A stretch of 63,273 nt of DNA from a virus, in the IMG/VR virus record IMGVR_UViG_3300048583_000095, positions 1 to 63,273 of that record, one strand, 5' to 3'. This document shows, piece by piece, positions 1 to 9,212 of this stretch; position 1 is the first letter of the stretch, and each line of letters starts with the position of its first letter. Position numbers and translations under genes: made by a program. Under the pieces are notes generated by a model. The model had not been told where the DNA came from. It saw only the letters and a program-made list of their open reading frames with translations, and did no database searches.

Positions 1-127
1 CGGCCGGATCGCGACGGTACCCGACATGCTCTCTTGCCGGGCCGCGAGCATCGGCCCCATGTCGGCGAGCGCTTCGCGAAGCGCGGCGCTCGCGCGGGCG
101 CGCTGGGAATCGTCGAGATCGGCGGCG
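1..127. repeat. 127-bp exact end overlap (copy 1), identical to 63147..63273: circular closure or terminal redundancy
   Basis: Compared base by base: 1-127 equals 63147-63273, so the unique length is 63146 bp. Confidence 0.95.
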
Positions 128-519
128 TCGAGCGCCTTCGTGAGCGCCCGAGCGATCATCTGCGCCTCAGCACGCAGCGAATCGATGTATCGCTCAGAGA
201 GCCCCGCGCGCACCGCGTCGGCCGCGACCTTCGTGAGGTGCGCGCGCTCTTTGCGACTCTGCTCGATCCACTGCCGCAGCTCGTCGCCCCGCAGGCGCAC
301 GGCGATCTCGTAATCGGTCGCCTTCTCGAAGTCGCCCCCGTCCGAGTCGATGAGCGCGCGCTCGCGCTTCGCCTCAAGGTCGATCCGCTCGTCGATCCAC
401 GCCGCGCGGTACGCGCTCCGGCGCACCTCCCCCAAGATCGCATCCCACGGGTTCACGTTCAGTTCGCCTGACCACGGTCGCCGTGCAAGCTCGTATGTCG
501 GGTCGCTCTCGTCGTCCAT
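1..519 (-). CDS. hypothetical protein, 5' part of a gene that crosses the circular junction (continues 63146..63063; about 200 aa in total)
   Basis: Minus-strand ATG at 519-517 preceded by CGAGAGGACGAGCG RBS motif. Translation MDDESDPTYELARRPWSGELNVNPWDAIL... stays open to position 1. Absent from the ORF track because it leaves the window. Confidence 0.7.
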   Translation of the reverse strand, partial: MDDESDPTYELARRPWSGELNVNPWDAILGEVRRSAYRAAWIDERIDLEAKRERALIDSDGGDFEKATDYEIAVRLRGDELRQWIEQSRKERAHLTKVAADAVRAGLSERYIDSLRAEAQMIARALTKALDAADLDDSQRARASAALREALADMGPMLAARQESMSGTVAIRP

Positions 520-560
520 CGCTCGTCCTCTCGAATGTCACGCTCGGTAGCCGATTTTCG

Positions 561-862
561 AGCCTGTGCAGGGATCGCTGTGCAGGTGTGCAGGGATCGG
601 TTGCATTTTCAGTTCTACATTCTATGTTGTACTACATATGTTCTAATTTTTGATTCTCACATAAGAGATCAGGATAAACCCTGCAATCCCTGCACACCGC
701 AGGTCAAAGACTCTTCGAACCCTGCACGCATCCCTGCACAGCATCCCTGCACACATCCCTGCACAGATCACGATCAGATAACATACCAAGTGACTAGGAC
801 ATCACCCGAAGTAGCTGTGCAGGGATCGCTGTGCAGGGATCGGCCTTCGATCCCTGCACAGC
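561..862. repeat. iteron/operator array: 12 copies of TCCCTGCACA-like 10-mer (7 forward, 5 inverted) around an AT-rich core at 601-680
   Basis: Forward copies near 679, 687, 719, 731, 744, 756, 851. Inverted TGTGCAGGGA copies at 565, 579, 587, 816, 830. The longer unit GCTGTGCAGGGATCG is duplicated at 563-586 and 814-843. Confidence 0.9.
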
Positions 863-882
863 AAAATTGTCACGCTCCGTAA

Positions 883-2493
883 TCAGATTTCGGAGCTGAG
901 ACGCGCGCCGCGAAGCACTTGGACTTGGCGGCCGTCGATGCGCGTGCGCGAGCCTTCGAGCTGCCCCGGGTACGCCGCGAGCAGGTCGCGGAAGAAGACG
1001 TTCTTCCCCTTCGCCATGTACCCCTCGCTCGCGCACCACAGCGTGTAAGCCTCGTACACGCTGTCTTTCGGCGACATGGCTTCGGGCGACATGTCCATCA
1101 CGAGGCAGTCGGACGCGAACGCCTTGATCGGGCTCGCCGACCGCTCGACGTCTTCCATCGACGCCGCGACGCTCTCGCCGATCGTGAACCGGCCTTCCCG
1201 GTCCCACAGCCGGTCCGCGCCGTCGAGCGCCCATGTGAAGATGCCCGGCAGCTCGTCGGCGAGCGTCCGCTTCAGGTTGAAGTCCTCGCGACCGAGGAAC
1301 CCTTCGACGCGGATGCGCAGCGGCAGGAACCGCGACGCGAGTGCGCCCGTCGAGTCGCGAAGGTCGGGCATGTCGTTCGAGACGATCATGAGCCGCGCGC
1401 CGAGCTTGACGTTCAGCTCGTCGCGGTTCTTCCGGTTCACGGTTACCGGGTCCTCACCCGAGATCATGAGCAGCTTCTCGACGATGGCGGGATCGCTCTT
1501 GCCGATCCGTGCATCCCCGACGATCGCAAGGCGCTTGCCCAGCATGGGCGCGAGCCCGAAGGGCTCGGCGAGCCGCGCCATCGTCGGGTGGTCGACCTGC
1601 CCCGTCCCGCCGAGCAGCTGCTCAAGGACCCATGCGATCGTGCTCTTACCCGAGCGCCTCGGCCCGACGAGCGTCATGATCTTGTGCAGTCCCGTCGAGC
1701 CCGCGAGCACGTAGCCGAACCACTCTTGCAAGAGCGCGTGCGAGTCCGCATCGCCCGGCCACAGCTCGTCTAGGAACTTGAGCCACCGGTCGCACCGCGC
1801 GCTCGGCTCGTAATCGACCACGACGGCCGTGTCCGTGAAGAAGCTCGGCGTGTGGTCGACGAGCGTGCGCGCCGCCGCGCCGCCTTCGCGCGGGCACCAC
1901 AGCAGGCCGTTCCGCACGCACGTGATCTCATCGCCGGGCATGGTCTCGGACGCTTCCGACCGGCGCAGCCACGCCGGGACGTCCATCGATTCCCTCATGC
2001 GCATCTGCGACGCCATCGCTTCGACGACTTCGCGCACGCTCGACGTGTTCGGCGACCACGGGCGCGGCTCGGCTCCGTCCTTCGTGACGTGCATGTACTG
2101 CGCATCGGCGAGCAGCGTCCGTACGGCGTCGGCGACGGCATAGCGGTTGTCCGCCCCGCCGAGCCGCAGGTACGCGCCGCCCGTGTCGCCCTCGCGGTAC
2201 AGGTACCACTCGTCGCGCCAGTGCTTCAGGTGAATCCCGGCGTCCGCGAAGAGGTACAGCAGGAACCGCGCGACCTTGTCGGGTTCCTTCGGCCCCGGAA
2301 CCGGCTCGTCGAGCGTGACGCTCTCGGGCAGGAACCGGTACGACTGGTCAAGGTCGACGACGGCCGTCGCGTCGGGCAGCTCGTCGGCGCGCTCGCGCGC
2401 TCCAGTGATACCGCCGACGATGCTTGCGGCGAAGTCGTCCGTTTCGGGCGTGCTAGGGTCGGTTTCAGGGTTATCTGTCTGGTCGTCGATCAT
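883..2493 (-). CDS. DNA primase/helicase, D5/P4-type NTPase
   Basis: ORF 883..2631 trimmed to ATG 2493 (GAAAGGTGA RBS just after the PrimPol stop). Walker A VGPRRSGKST. D5/P4-like C-terminal region. Confidence 0.85.
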   Translation of the reverse strand: MIDDQTDNPETDPSTPETDDFAASIVGGITGARERADELPDATAVVDLDQSYRFLPESVTLDEPVPGPKEPDKVARFLLYLFADAGIHLKHWRDEWYLYREGDTGGAYLRLGGADNRYAVADAVRTLLADAQYMHVTKDGAEPRPWSPNTSSVREVVEAMASQMRMRESMDVPAWLRRSEASETMPGDEITCVRNGLLWCPREGGAAARTLVDHTPSFFTDTAVVVDYEPSARCDRWLKFLDELWPGDADSHALLQEWFGYVLAGSTGLHKIMTLVGPRRSGKSTIAWVLEQLLGGTGQVDHPTMARLAEPFGLAPMLGKRLAIVGDARIGKSDPAIVEKLLMISGEDPVTVNRKNRDELNVKLGARLMIVSNDMPDLRDSTGALASRFLPLRIRVEGFLGREDFNLKRTLADELPGIFTWALDGADRLWDREGRFTIGESVAASMEDVERSASPIKAFASDCLVMDMSPEAMSPKDSVYEAYTLWCASEGYMAKGKNVFFRDLLAAYPGQLEGSRTRIDGRQVQVLRGARLSSEI

Positions 2494-2509
2494 CGCTCTC
2501 GTCACCTTT

Positions 2510-3439
2510 CTACGTTTCACGGACGGGAGCGTGATCGACGGCCTTCGCCGTCTGTGCTGCCCGTCCCGCTTCCCAACCGGACGTGAAGGTTCGCATCTGC
2601 TGCTCGCGCGAGTCGTTCGCCCCGGCCGCATCCATCGCGTCGAAGCACCACGCGCGCGCGGCGTCTTCGCTCGGCTCGCCGTATAGAGCTGCTAGCGTAC
2701 CGAGCCGGAAGGCCGTCCGGTTGAGCATGTCGTTCCGCGATCCGGGGGCCGACCGTGCCAACTTCCGCACGCTCTCGGCCGCTTCGTACTTCGCCCATCG
2801 CGCCCCGCCTGCTCCCATGCGCGCGCGGACGTCGGCGTTCGTCATGGGCTCGGCGCTCGCGTTTCGGCGTTTCTTGCAGAGTGGAATCAGCCACTCGGGC
2901 GCGCTCGCAAGCGTCGTGATCTTCCGGCCGTCCCGCTCGATCAAGCGGTAAGCGCCGACCTCGGGAGCCCGCACGTATCCACGGATGCCGCGCACGTCGA
3001 GCCCCGGCGCGAGCTGCTTCGACGAGTTGCGCACGCCGCCTTCGGCCCCGCTCGCCTCATCCCAGGCGAAGTAGACGTGTGCGCCGCCGCTCGGCGTCCG
3101 AACGGTCATGGTTCGCGTGAAGGCGTCGACCGTCCCGCCGTGCCGCTGCGTGAGGTCGCGCAGCGTCGCGAAGCCGTCCGCGTCCTTCACGTCGATGTCG
3201 AGCACCCACGTGCCCGACTCGGGGCCGGTGGCGATCCCGACGCCGCAGCGCGAGAAGTTGCCCGTCCACCACTCCCGAATCAGGTCGGCGTCGAGCGTGG
3301 CGCGCTCGGGCCACTCGGCGAAGGCCGGAGTGCCGGTGTCGGCGCGCAGGGGGAACACCCGGAACCCGAGCCGCGAGCAGGCGTACGCCGCCGCGCCGGG
3401 AGTCGCCGAAGCGAACCGGGAAAAAGTCACACTAGCCAC
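2510..3439 (-). CDS. bifunctional primase-polymerase (PrimPol/AEP) domain protein
   Basis: GTG start with GATGAAAGGA RBS motif. N-terminus FRVFPL...CGVGIATGPESGTWVLDIDVKD is typical of PrimPol domains. Confidence 0.8.
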   Translation of the reverse strand: MASVTFSRFASATPGAAAYACSRLGFRVFPLRADTGTPAFAEWPERATLDADLIREWWTGNFSRCGVGIATGPESGTWVLDIDVKDADGFATLRDLTQRHGGTVDAFTRTMTVRTPSGGAHVYFAWDEASGAEGGVRNSSKQLAPGLDVRGIRGYVRAPEVGAYRLIERDGRKITTLASAPEWLIPLCKKRRNASAEPMTNADVRARMGAGGARWAKYEAAESVRKLARSAPGSRNDMLNRTAFRLGTLAALYGEPSEDAARAWCFDAMDAAGANDSREQQMRTFTSGWEAGRAAQTAKAVDHAPVRET

Positions 3440-3557
3440 ATCTTCTTTCCTTTCATCCGTCGTCTACCAACCATAATACCGCTCGTGCTAGGCTTCGGTC
3501 GTACCGGTACGCAACCGGACCGATCAAGACGACGACACGATGATGAAAGGACGACAC

Positions 3558-4175
3558 ATGTCGACTACTGCAACCGCACCGATTGATGTCCGCACTGAGG
3601 CGTTTGCCGACTTCATGGCGGATTACCCCTATGCGTCCGACGTCGAGAGCATCGCCGATCTGCCCTTGCAGTTCTTCACGGCCGACGACTCCGGCGACGT
3701 GTTCAACGCGCGCGTACTCGGCTTCGGCTCGTCGTACCGCAAGACGCACCTGAATCACGCGCCCGGCACGAAGCCCGGCAAGGGGGTGCGCTGCTCGGGA
3801 TGCCGGTGGACCGACACGGCGATCATGTGGGCGCAGCCGCTCGAAGACGAGGGTGAAGGCCGGTTCAAGCCGGTCGCGCGCTGGCAATACGTCTTCGTCT
3901 CGCTCGGGAAGTCGGCGATCGAAGGGGAGTGGCAGCGCGACACGGTCATTTGGACCGAAGACGCCGAAGACGTGCTTCGCAAGCTCTTCGTGCCCACGAA
4001 GGCCGGATTCCGGCGCGACACGGGTGAGATGGCGATCCCGCCGCATAACGCCGCCGCGTTCCGCGACGCCGCGTGCGTCGATGAGCGCATTGCCGACCTG
4101 CTCGCCCGGTATGAGCCGGTGATCCCCGAGGTGAACCGCACCGGGCTCGACGCCGACCCGCTCGCGGGACTCTGA
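3558..4175 (+). CDS. hypothetical protein
   Basis: ORF 3540..4175 trimmed to the ATG after GATGAAAGGACGACAC motif; protein-like composition. Confidence 0.75.
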   Translation: MSTTATAPIDVRTEAFADFMADYPYASDVESIADLPLQFFTADDSGDVFNARVLGFGSSYRKTHLNHAPGTKPGKGVRCSGCRWTDTAIMWAQPLEDEGEGRFKPVARWQYVFVSLGKSAIEGEWQRDTVIWTEDAEDVLRKLFVPTKAGFRRDTGEMAIPPHNAAAFRDAACVDERIADLLARYEPVIPEVNRTGLDADPLAGL

Positions 4176-4274
4176 CGTATATGCTAGGCTCGGGTGAGTC
4201 GGGCCGGTTCGATGAGGGGTGCGGACCGGCCCGTTCCATATCCACCCCGAGACGACAAGACGAGAGGACAGACG

Positions 4275-4607
4275 ATGGACCCAGAAGACCACCGGGCGCA
4301 CACGGTCGCCGGATTGCACCAACTCGCCGATTTCCTGTACGAGTACGACGACAGCGCCGCGCTCAACACGGCGTGCGGCAACGACGTCACGTACTACGTG
4401 CTCAACCCCGATGCCGACGAGGCGCGCGCCGAGTTCGACGATCGCGCCGCGTTCCTGAGCGAGTACGGCGGACCGCTGCGCTTCGCGCAGACATCGCGCG
4501 AGCACGAAGGCACCGTGCAGCACGTCGCGCGGCTTGCCTTCGCTCACGGGCGGATCGGCTACTGCGTGGTGTGGATCGAGCAGAAGGCGCAGGCCGACAA
4601 TGACTGA
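4275..4607 (+). CDS. hypothetical protein
   Basis: ATG after AGACGAGAGGACAGACG RBS motif within ORF 4194..4607. Confidence 0.7.
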   Translation: MDPEDHRAHTVAGLHQLADFLYEYDDSAALNTACGNDVTYYVLNPDADEARAEFDDRAAFLSEYGGPLRFAQTSREHEGTVQHVARLAFAHGRIGYCVVWIEQKAQADND

Positions 4608-4773
4608 TACAGATTTGCTTTCCGACCTGCTCATCGTGCTGATCGGCGGGTGCATCGGATTCGTGCTGTCGGTTCCTCTGACGTGGGGAATCTTCAAATG
4701 GATCAAGTACCGAGACATGACGCGGGTCGATCGCCTCATGCGGAAATACGAGAAGACTAAAGGGAAGCGATGA
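4600..4773 (+). CDS. small membrane protein
   Basis: ATG overlaps the upstream stop region; one hydrophobic helix LLIVLIGGCIGFVLSVPLTWGIF. Confidence 0.6.
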   Translation: MTDTDLLSDLLIVLIGGCIGFVLSVPLTWGIFKWIKYRDMTRVDRLMRKYEKTKGKR

Positions 4774-5129
4774 GGGGCGAAACGAAAGACTTCAAGTACT
4801 ACGCCGCGCAGGCCGAGAAGCAGCTTCAATTCTCACTGGGGCGCGACGAGCACGGGCAGCCGCTCTACAACACCGACGAGGCGAAGACGAGACACGTTAT
4901 GCGCGCCCACGTCTATGCGCTGCTCGCATCCGTAGCCTCGAAGGCCGAGCCCGATCCGAAGTCTAACTTCTTCTACTTCGTGAACGGGCAGCACGTCGAA
5001 GGGCAACGATGCTTCGCGCAGCGGTTCACAAACCGGCTCGTCGACCCGGCGAACAGCCAGTGTGTGCGCGAACTCGATCACGGCGGACCGCACAAGACGG
5101 CGAACGGCTCGTACTTCGAGCCGGAGTAA
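4770..5129 (+). CDS. hypothetical protein
   Basis: ATGA start/stop overlap with the upstream gene; 119-aa ORF. Confidence 0.7.
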   Translation: MRGETKDFKYYAAQAEKQLQFSLGRDEHGQPLYNTDEAKTRHVMRAHVYALLASVASKAEPDPKSNFFYFVNGQHVEGQRCFAQRFTNRLVDPANSQCVRELDHGGPHKTANGSYFEPE

Positions 5130-5154
5130 CCACGTCGACACGAGTAAGGAAATC

Positions 5155-5283
5155 ATGCCGGTAATCGGAGCGGTCGCGTGCATCGTGACCATGTTCATCC
5201 TCATGATCATGGGAGAGCCGGGTTATGCGATCCTGCCGCTCGGCCTCATGATCGCGATCAACGGACAGAAGTGGAAGAAATGA
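5155..5283 (+). CDS. small membrane protein
   Basis: ATG after GTAAGGAAATC; hydrophobic 42-aa product. Confidence 0.5.
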   Translation: MPVIGAVACIVTMFILMIMGEPGYAILPLGLMIAINGQKWKK

Positions 5284-5429
5284 TGAAAGAAACTAACGAG
5301 AGCACCGGCCCGCGCCTGAACGGCTGCGGGTGGACGGCGCTCGCCGTGATCGTGGGGCTCGCACTCGCCTTCGTGGCTGCGATCCTGTACATCCTGGTCA
5401 GCTTCGGCTCATTCCTCGGGGGACTGTGA
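5280..5429 (+). CDS. small membrane protein
   Basis: ATGA overlap; TM helix WTALAVIVGLALAFVAAILYILV. Confidence 0.55.
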   Translation: MMKETNESTGPRLNGCGWTALAVIVGLALAFVAAILYILVSFGSFLGGL

Positions 5430-6157
5430 TGTATCAGAGCTTCACGATCTCGTGGTTCATGGGCGACGATGCCGACCACGGGACGACATTCACGGTCGCC
5501 GACGACGACGCTGTGAACGTCGCGCACATGCTCGCGGCCGGGTTCAACACGATGAGCCGCAACATGCTCGGCGACTTCGTGCTAGGCGTCGTCGACACGA
5601 AGGCCGGAACCGTGCAGTACGACGGGAAGATCGAGCAGATCAAGCGCGACGATCCGTGGTCGGTCTCGCAGTCGTTCAATTTCGAAGCATCGACCGCAGG
5701 CGACACGCTGCTGACGTTCTTCGGGCTCGACGAGCAGACGGCGACCACGCTGCGCGGCGACGTCAAGTTTCACGACGATCCCGGACCGGCCTCAGTCGAG
5801 ACCGAAACCATCGGCCCTGAGTGCTTCGGTACGAAGAACGGTGACCGCGTGTGTTGGCGCGGGCGCAACTACGTGCCGCAAGACGAGCACGAAGCCGACA
5901 TGCGGAAGTTCGCCGACGCTAACGCCGAAGCGAACGCGGCAGCGCGCGCAGAGATGATCAGCTTCGTCAAGCGCGCTCACGCGAAGATGCTCAAGCTCGA
6001 AGGAACGGAGTATGCGAAAGGTCGCGACCTGCGCCAACGGTGGCAAGGAATGCTCGACGTTCTCGCGAAGTTCCTCGTCGTGACAGGCGAAGCCGACAAA
6101 GACGAAAGCCACGCCGTCGCACGGCGTCTCTGTGAGATCGACGCCGATGAGTTCTGA
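5429..6157 (+). CDS. hypothetical protein
   Basis: ATG overlaps the upstream TGA; ORF 5330..6157 trimmed. Confidence 0.7.
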   Translation: MYQSFTISWFMGDDADHGTTFTVADDDAVNVAHMLAAGFNTMSRNMLGDFVLGVVDTKAGTVQYDGKIEQIKRDDPWSVSQSFNFEASTAGDTLLTFFGLDEQTATTLRGDVKFHDDPGPASVETETIGPECFGTKNGDRVCWRGRNYVPQDEHEADMRKFADANAEANAAARAEMISFVKRAHAKMLKLEGTEYAKGRDLRQRWQGMLDVLAKFLVVTGEADKDESHAVARRLCEIDADEF

Positions 6158-6428
6158 GCGTGATATGCGCGTCGCCGAGTTCATGACCGTGCGCGGCGGC
6201 ATCGGGAACGACGCCTTCGCCGCAACGCAGAACCTCGTGAACTTCGCTCGCGCGATGTTCGCGAACGAGGGGATCAACCTGAAGACGGTCGAATCCTTCC
6301 GCTGCCGCGTCACGCGGAACCACGACGTCGACGAGCTGCAAGGCGGAAGCGTGCTGCCCATGTGGGACACGTGGGTTGAGGTCGAATACCCGGCTTCGGC
6401 CGACGACGACACCGACAAGCCCGAATAG
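6147..6428 (+). CDS. hypothetical protein
   Basis: ORF 6132..6428; the start is ambiguous (GTG 6132, ATG 6147 or ATG 6165). Confidence 0.6.
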   Translation: MSSERDMRVAEFMTVRGGIGNDAFAATQNLVNFARAMFANEGINLKTVESFRCRVTRNHDVDELQGGSVLPMWDTWVEVEYPASADDDTDKPE

Positions 6429-6443
6429 CGACGACGACGAACA

Positions 6444-6478
6444 CGGAGGCCGGTCCCGTTCCCGGGGTCGGCCTCCCG
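6444..6478 (+). terminator. stem-loop after the early operon segment
   Basis: CGGAGGCCG ... CGGCCTC(C)CG hairpin; no clear T-run. Confidence 0.45.
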
Positions 6479-6525
6479 TAGTCTTGACCGTAATTCCACC
6501 CGCGTAACACCTGCTAGGACCCGCT

Positions 6526-6822
6526 ATGGACTGGGGATCACTCTTCGCAACTATCTACCTACTAGGCGCAATGTTCACCGCTGCGGCACTCACGAACCCG
6601 ATCCGGCGCGTCATGGGCGACGACCGGACCGGAGACCACGCCGACGTCGACTCGGCGAGTGACGCTCGCATGGTCGTCGTCTTCATCGTGCTCGGCGTCG
6701 CCGCAATCTGGCCGCTCACGCTCGGGATGTACTCGCTCTCGCGGCTCATCCCATCGTCGGCCGAGGACATCGACGACGATTACCACGGCGTCGACCTCGT
6801 ACTAGCTGATCGACCGGAGTAA
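6526..6822 (+). CDS. membrane protein
   Basis: Two hydrophobic helices (LFATIYLLGAMFTAAAL; MVVVFIVLGVAAIWPLTLGMY). Confidence 0.7.
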   Translation: MDWGSLFATIYLLGAMFTAAALTNPIRRVMGDDRTGDHADVDSASDARMVVVFIVLGVAAIWPLTLGMYSLSRLIPSSAEDIDDDYHGVDLVLADRPE

Positions 6823-6836
6823 GATAGAAATCGACG

Positions 6837-6862
6837 AGCCCCGCGCACGCGCGGGGCTTCGT
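6837..6862 (+). terminator. intrinsic terminator-like hairpin
   Basis: AGCCCCGCG-CACG-CGCGGGGCT followed by TCGTTG. Confidence 0.6.
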
Positions 6863-6890
6863 TGTCAGACGAACGATGAAAGGACGACAC

Positions 6891-8705
6891 ATGGCATTGC
6901 AAGGCGTGAACTTGCACCTCGTCGAGACGTACGACGACGTCGCGAAGTGCCTTGAGTGGCTATCCGGCCTCACCTGCGACCGGCTCGGCTTCGACACGGA
7001 GTCGACCGGCCTCTCTCCCGAAGTCGACTCCGTGCGCCTCGTGCAGTTCGGCGACGCGTTCACCGGATGGGCGATCCCGATCGACCGGTGGTACGGCCTC
7101 GTCGAAGAGATCGTGAGCCGGTGGAAGCGGCGCGGCCGGTTCGTCGCACACAACGCGCGGTACGACGTCGCCATGCTCCGCAAGCACGGGATTCACATCC
7201 CCGTGCACCTGGTCGACGACACGATGATGCTCGCACACATCGTGAACCCGACCGTCTCAGTCGGCCTGAAGCAGCAGTGCGCGAAGCACATCGATCCGGT
7301 CGCCGCAGCAGCGCAGCAGCAGTTGAGCGACGTCATGCGTTCGGGCGGGTACACATGGGCGACCGTGCCCATCGCGGCGACCGGGCCGTGCGCCGTGTAC
7401 TGGATTTACGCTGCGCTCGATCCGGTGCTCACGGTCCGGCTGTGGGAATTCCACTGGCCTACGGTCGCGAAGATCGCGCCCCGCGCGTACGACATTGAGC
7501 TGTCGGTGGGGTGGATCGCCGATCGCATGGAACGCAAGGGTGTGATGATCGACCGCGAGTACACGCAGACGAAGCAAGCCGAGTTCGTCGAACTGCACGA
7601 CGCGCTCGCGAAGCGCGGGATCGACGAGTTCGGGGTGAACCTCGGGGCTTCACAGCAGATCGTCGACATCCTCGTGCGCGACGACGTGCCGCTGTGGAAG
7701 AAGACGCAGGAAGGCGCGTGGTCGCTCGATAAGTTCGCGCTCGAAGGCATCCGGCACCCGCTCGTGCAGCTCTTGCAGGAATACAAGCGGGTCGAAAAGC
7801 TGAACTCGACGTACCTGCGCCGGTTCCTGGAGTACTCCGAACTCGACGGCCGCTTGCACCCGAGCATCAATACGCTCGGCTTCAAAGAGCAGACGTCGGG
7901 AGCCTTCGGCGTGATCACGGGGCGCATGTCGATGTCGAAGCCGAACTTGCAGCAGCTTCCGCGTGTCGACGAGGATGATCCGCTCTCGATCGTGGTGCGG
8001 AACTGCGTCGTGTCGTCGCCGGGCTCGACGCTCGTCATGTTCGACTTCGATCAGATCGAACTGCGGATCATGGCGCACCTCACGCAGGACCCGGGATTGT
8101 TCGACGCCTTCGCGCAGCCAGGCGACTTCTTCACGTACATGACGCAGACGATCTACGGCGATCCGACCATCGTGAAGAAGGACCCGCGTCGCAGCCTCAC
8201 GAAGTCGTACGTCTACGCCTCGAACTACGGCAGCGGGAACGACCGGCTCGCGCGGACCACACACATTCCGCTCGCCGAGATCGAAAAGCTCGCGGCCGAC
8301 TACAAGCGCGCATACGCCGGAGTCCCGAAGCACCAGCGGGCCGTGCAGCGCGAGGCCGAGCAGCGGTACAAGGCCGAAGGGCTCGCGTACGTCACGTCGC
8401 CCATGACCGGCCGCCGCTTCATCGCCGACGATTACCGCAAGCTCTATCCCCTGGTGAACTACCAGATTCAAGGGCTCGCGGCCGAGATCATGAAGACGAA
8501 GCTACTCGAACTCGACGCGGCCGGACTCGGCGATTACCTCGTACTCGCCGTGCACGACGAAGCGATCTCCGAAATCCCCGACGCGGACGTGCCGGACGCG
8601 ATCGAGACGATGAACACGATCATGAACGACGACAAGTTGCTGTCGCTTCCGCTCACCTCGGGCGGCGCGACCGGAAAACGATGGGCGGAAAAGAAGGATG
8701 TCTAG
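6891..8705 (+). CDS. DNA polymerase I (family A) with 3'-5' exonuclease domain
   Basis: Exo motifs DTESTGL, HNARYD, YAALD. Pol motifs DFDQIELRIMAHL, RRSLTKSYVYASNYG, VHDE. ATG after GATGAAAGGACGACAC. Confidence 0.92.
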   Translation: MALQGVNLHLVETYDDVAKCLEWLSGLTCDRLGFDTESTGLSPEVDSVRLVQFGDAFTGWAIPIDRWYGLVEEIVSRWKRRGRFVAHNARYDVAMLRKHGIHIPVHLVDDTMMLAHIVNPTVSVGLKQQCAKHIDPVAAAAQQQLSDVMRSGGYTWATVPIAATGPCAVYWIYAALDPVLTVRLWEFHWPTVAKIAPRAYDIELSVGWIADRMERKGVMIDREYTQTKQAEFVELHDALAKRGIDEFGVNLGASQQIVDILVRDDVPLWKKTQEGAWSLDKFALEGIRHPLVQLLQEYKRVEKLNSTYLRRFLEYSELDGRLHPSINTLGFKEQTSGAFGVITGRMSMSKPNLQQLPRVDEDDPLSIVVRNCVVSSPGSTLVMFDFDQIELRIMAHLTQDPGLFDAFAQPGDFFTYMTQTIYGDPTIVKKDPRRSLTKSYVYASNYGSGNDRLARTTHIPLAEIEKLAADYKRAYAGVPKHQRAVQREAEQRYKAEGLAYVTSPMTGRRFIADDYRKLYPLVNYQIQGLAAEIMKTKLLELDAAGLGDYLVLAVHDEAISEIPDADVPDAIETMNTIMNDDKLLSLPLTSGGATGKRWAEKKDV

Positions 8706-9210
8706 GCAGTACGTGATCTTCGGCGTCGACCCCGGCAAGACGACGGGGCTGTTCGTGTACTCGAACGGACCCCGCTTCGGGTTCCTTGACCGGCAGTACC
8801 TGCACGACGAGGTCGACGCCGAACGGATGCCGAAGCGCATGACCGATCTGATCGTGAAGGCGACCGACTACGTCGGCTTTGGCGGCGTGTACATCGCCGT
8901 CGAACGGTTCATCATCTCGGGCCGCACGGCGAAGCTGTCGCAGCAGGCCGACGCGCTCGAAGTGACGGGGATGGTTCGCGCCTTCGCGAAGCTCCACACC
9001 CGGAACGAGATCACGCAGTACATGAAGGCGAATCTGAAGTTCGCGAGCGACGGCGCGCTGCGCAAGGCCGGGTGGTACTCGTCGAAGCTCGGACACGCCA
9101 CCGACGCCGCGCGGCAGGCGTACGCGCTGCTCAAAGATGTCGACTACCCGGAATGGCTCGCCGTGTCGAACGGTGCTATGATGAAAATCGACGACGAGAC
9201 GAAGGGATAG
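8698..9210 (+). CDS. RuvC-like Holliday junction resolvase
   Basis: N-terminal FGVDPGKTTG, VERF, C-terminal GHATDAARQA: RuvC-fold catalytic pattern. Confidence 0.7.
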   Translation: MSRQYVIFGVDPGKTTGLFVYSNGPRFGFLDRQYLHDEVDAERMPKRMTDLIVKATDYVGFGGVYIAVERFIISGRTAKLSQQADALEVTGMVRAFAKLHTRNEITQYMKANLKFASDGALRKAGWYSSKLGHATDAARQAYALLKDVDYPEWLAVSNGAMMKIDDETKG

Positions 9211-9212
9211 AG

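Noticed and set aside
26-471. ORFs 26..313+, 34..471+ and 156..443-
   Set aside because: A different minus-strand frame, open from ATG 519 to the window edge, gives a protein-like sequence with the conserved RBS motif. These three look like shadow frames of that gene.
561-862. CRISPR array
   Set aside because: The repeats are 10 nt, in both orientations and irregularly spaced, without unique spacers of uniform length. No CRISPR-like array was seen anywhere in the window.
919-1773. Long antisense or alternative-frame ORFs throughout the track (for example 919..1773+, 9144..10157-, 20961..22070-, 26170..27684+, 30535..31455+, 47031..47915-, 51888..52772-, 55525..56550-)
   Set aside because: Their translations are Arg/Pro/Gly/Ala-rich low-complexity strings, as expected for stop-poor shadow frames in high-GC DNA. 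Each lies opposite or inside a gene with clear motifs or synteny.
2494-2631. N-terminal extensions of many track ORFs (for example 883..2631, 42985..44658, 46742..48481, 25049..26404, 34205..35431, 34996..36078, 50742..51386)
   Set aside because: The extensions overlap the upstream gene, translate to Arg-rich junk and lack an RBS. An internal ATG/GTG with a strong RBS or start/stop coupling was chosen instead.
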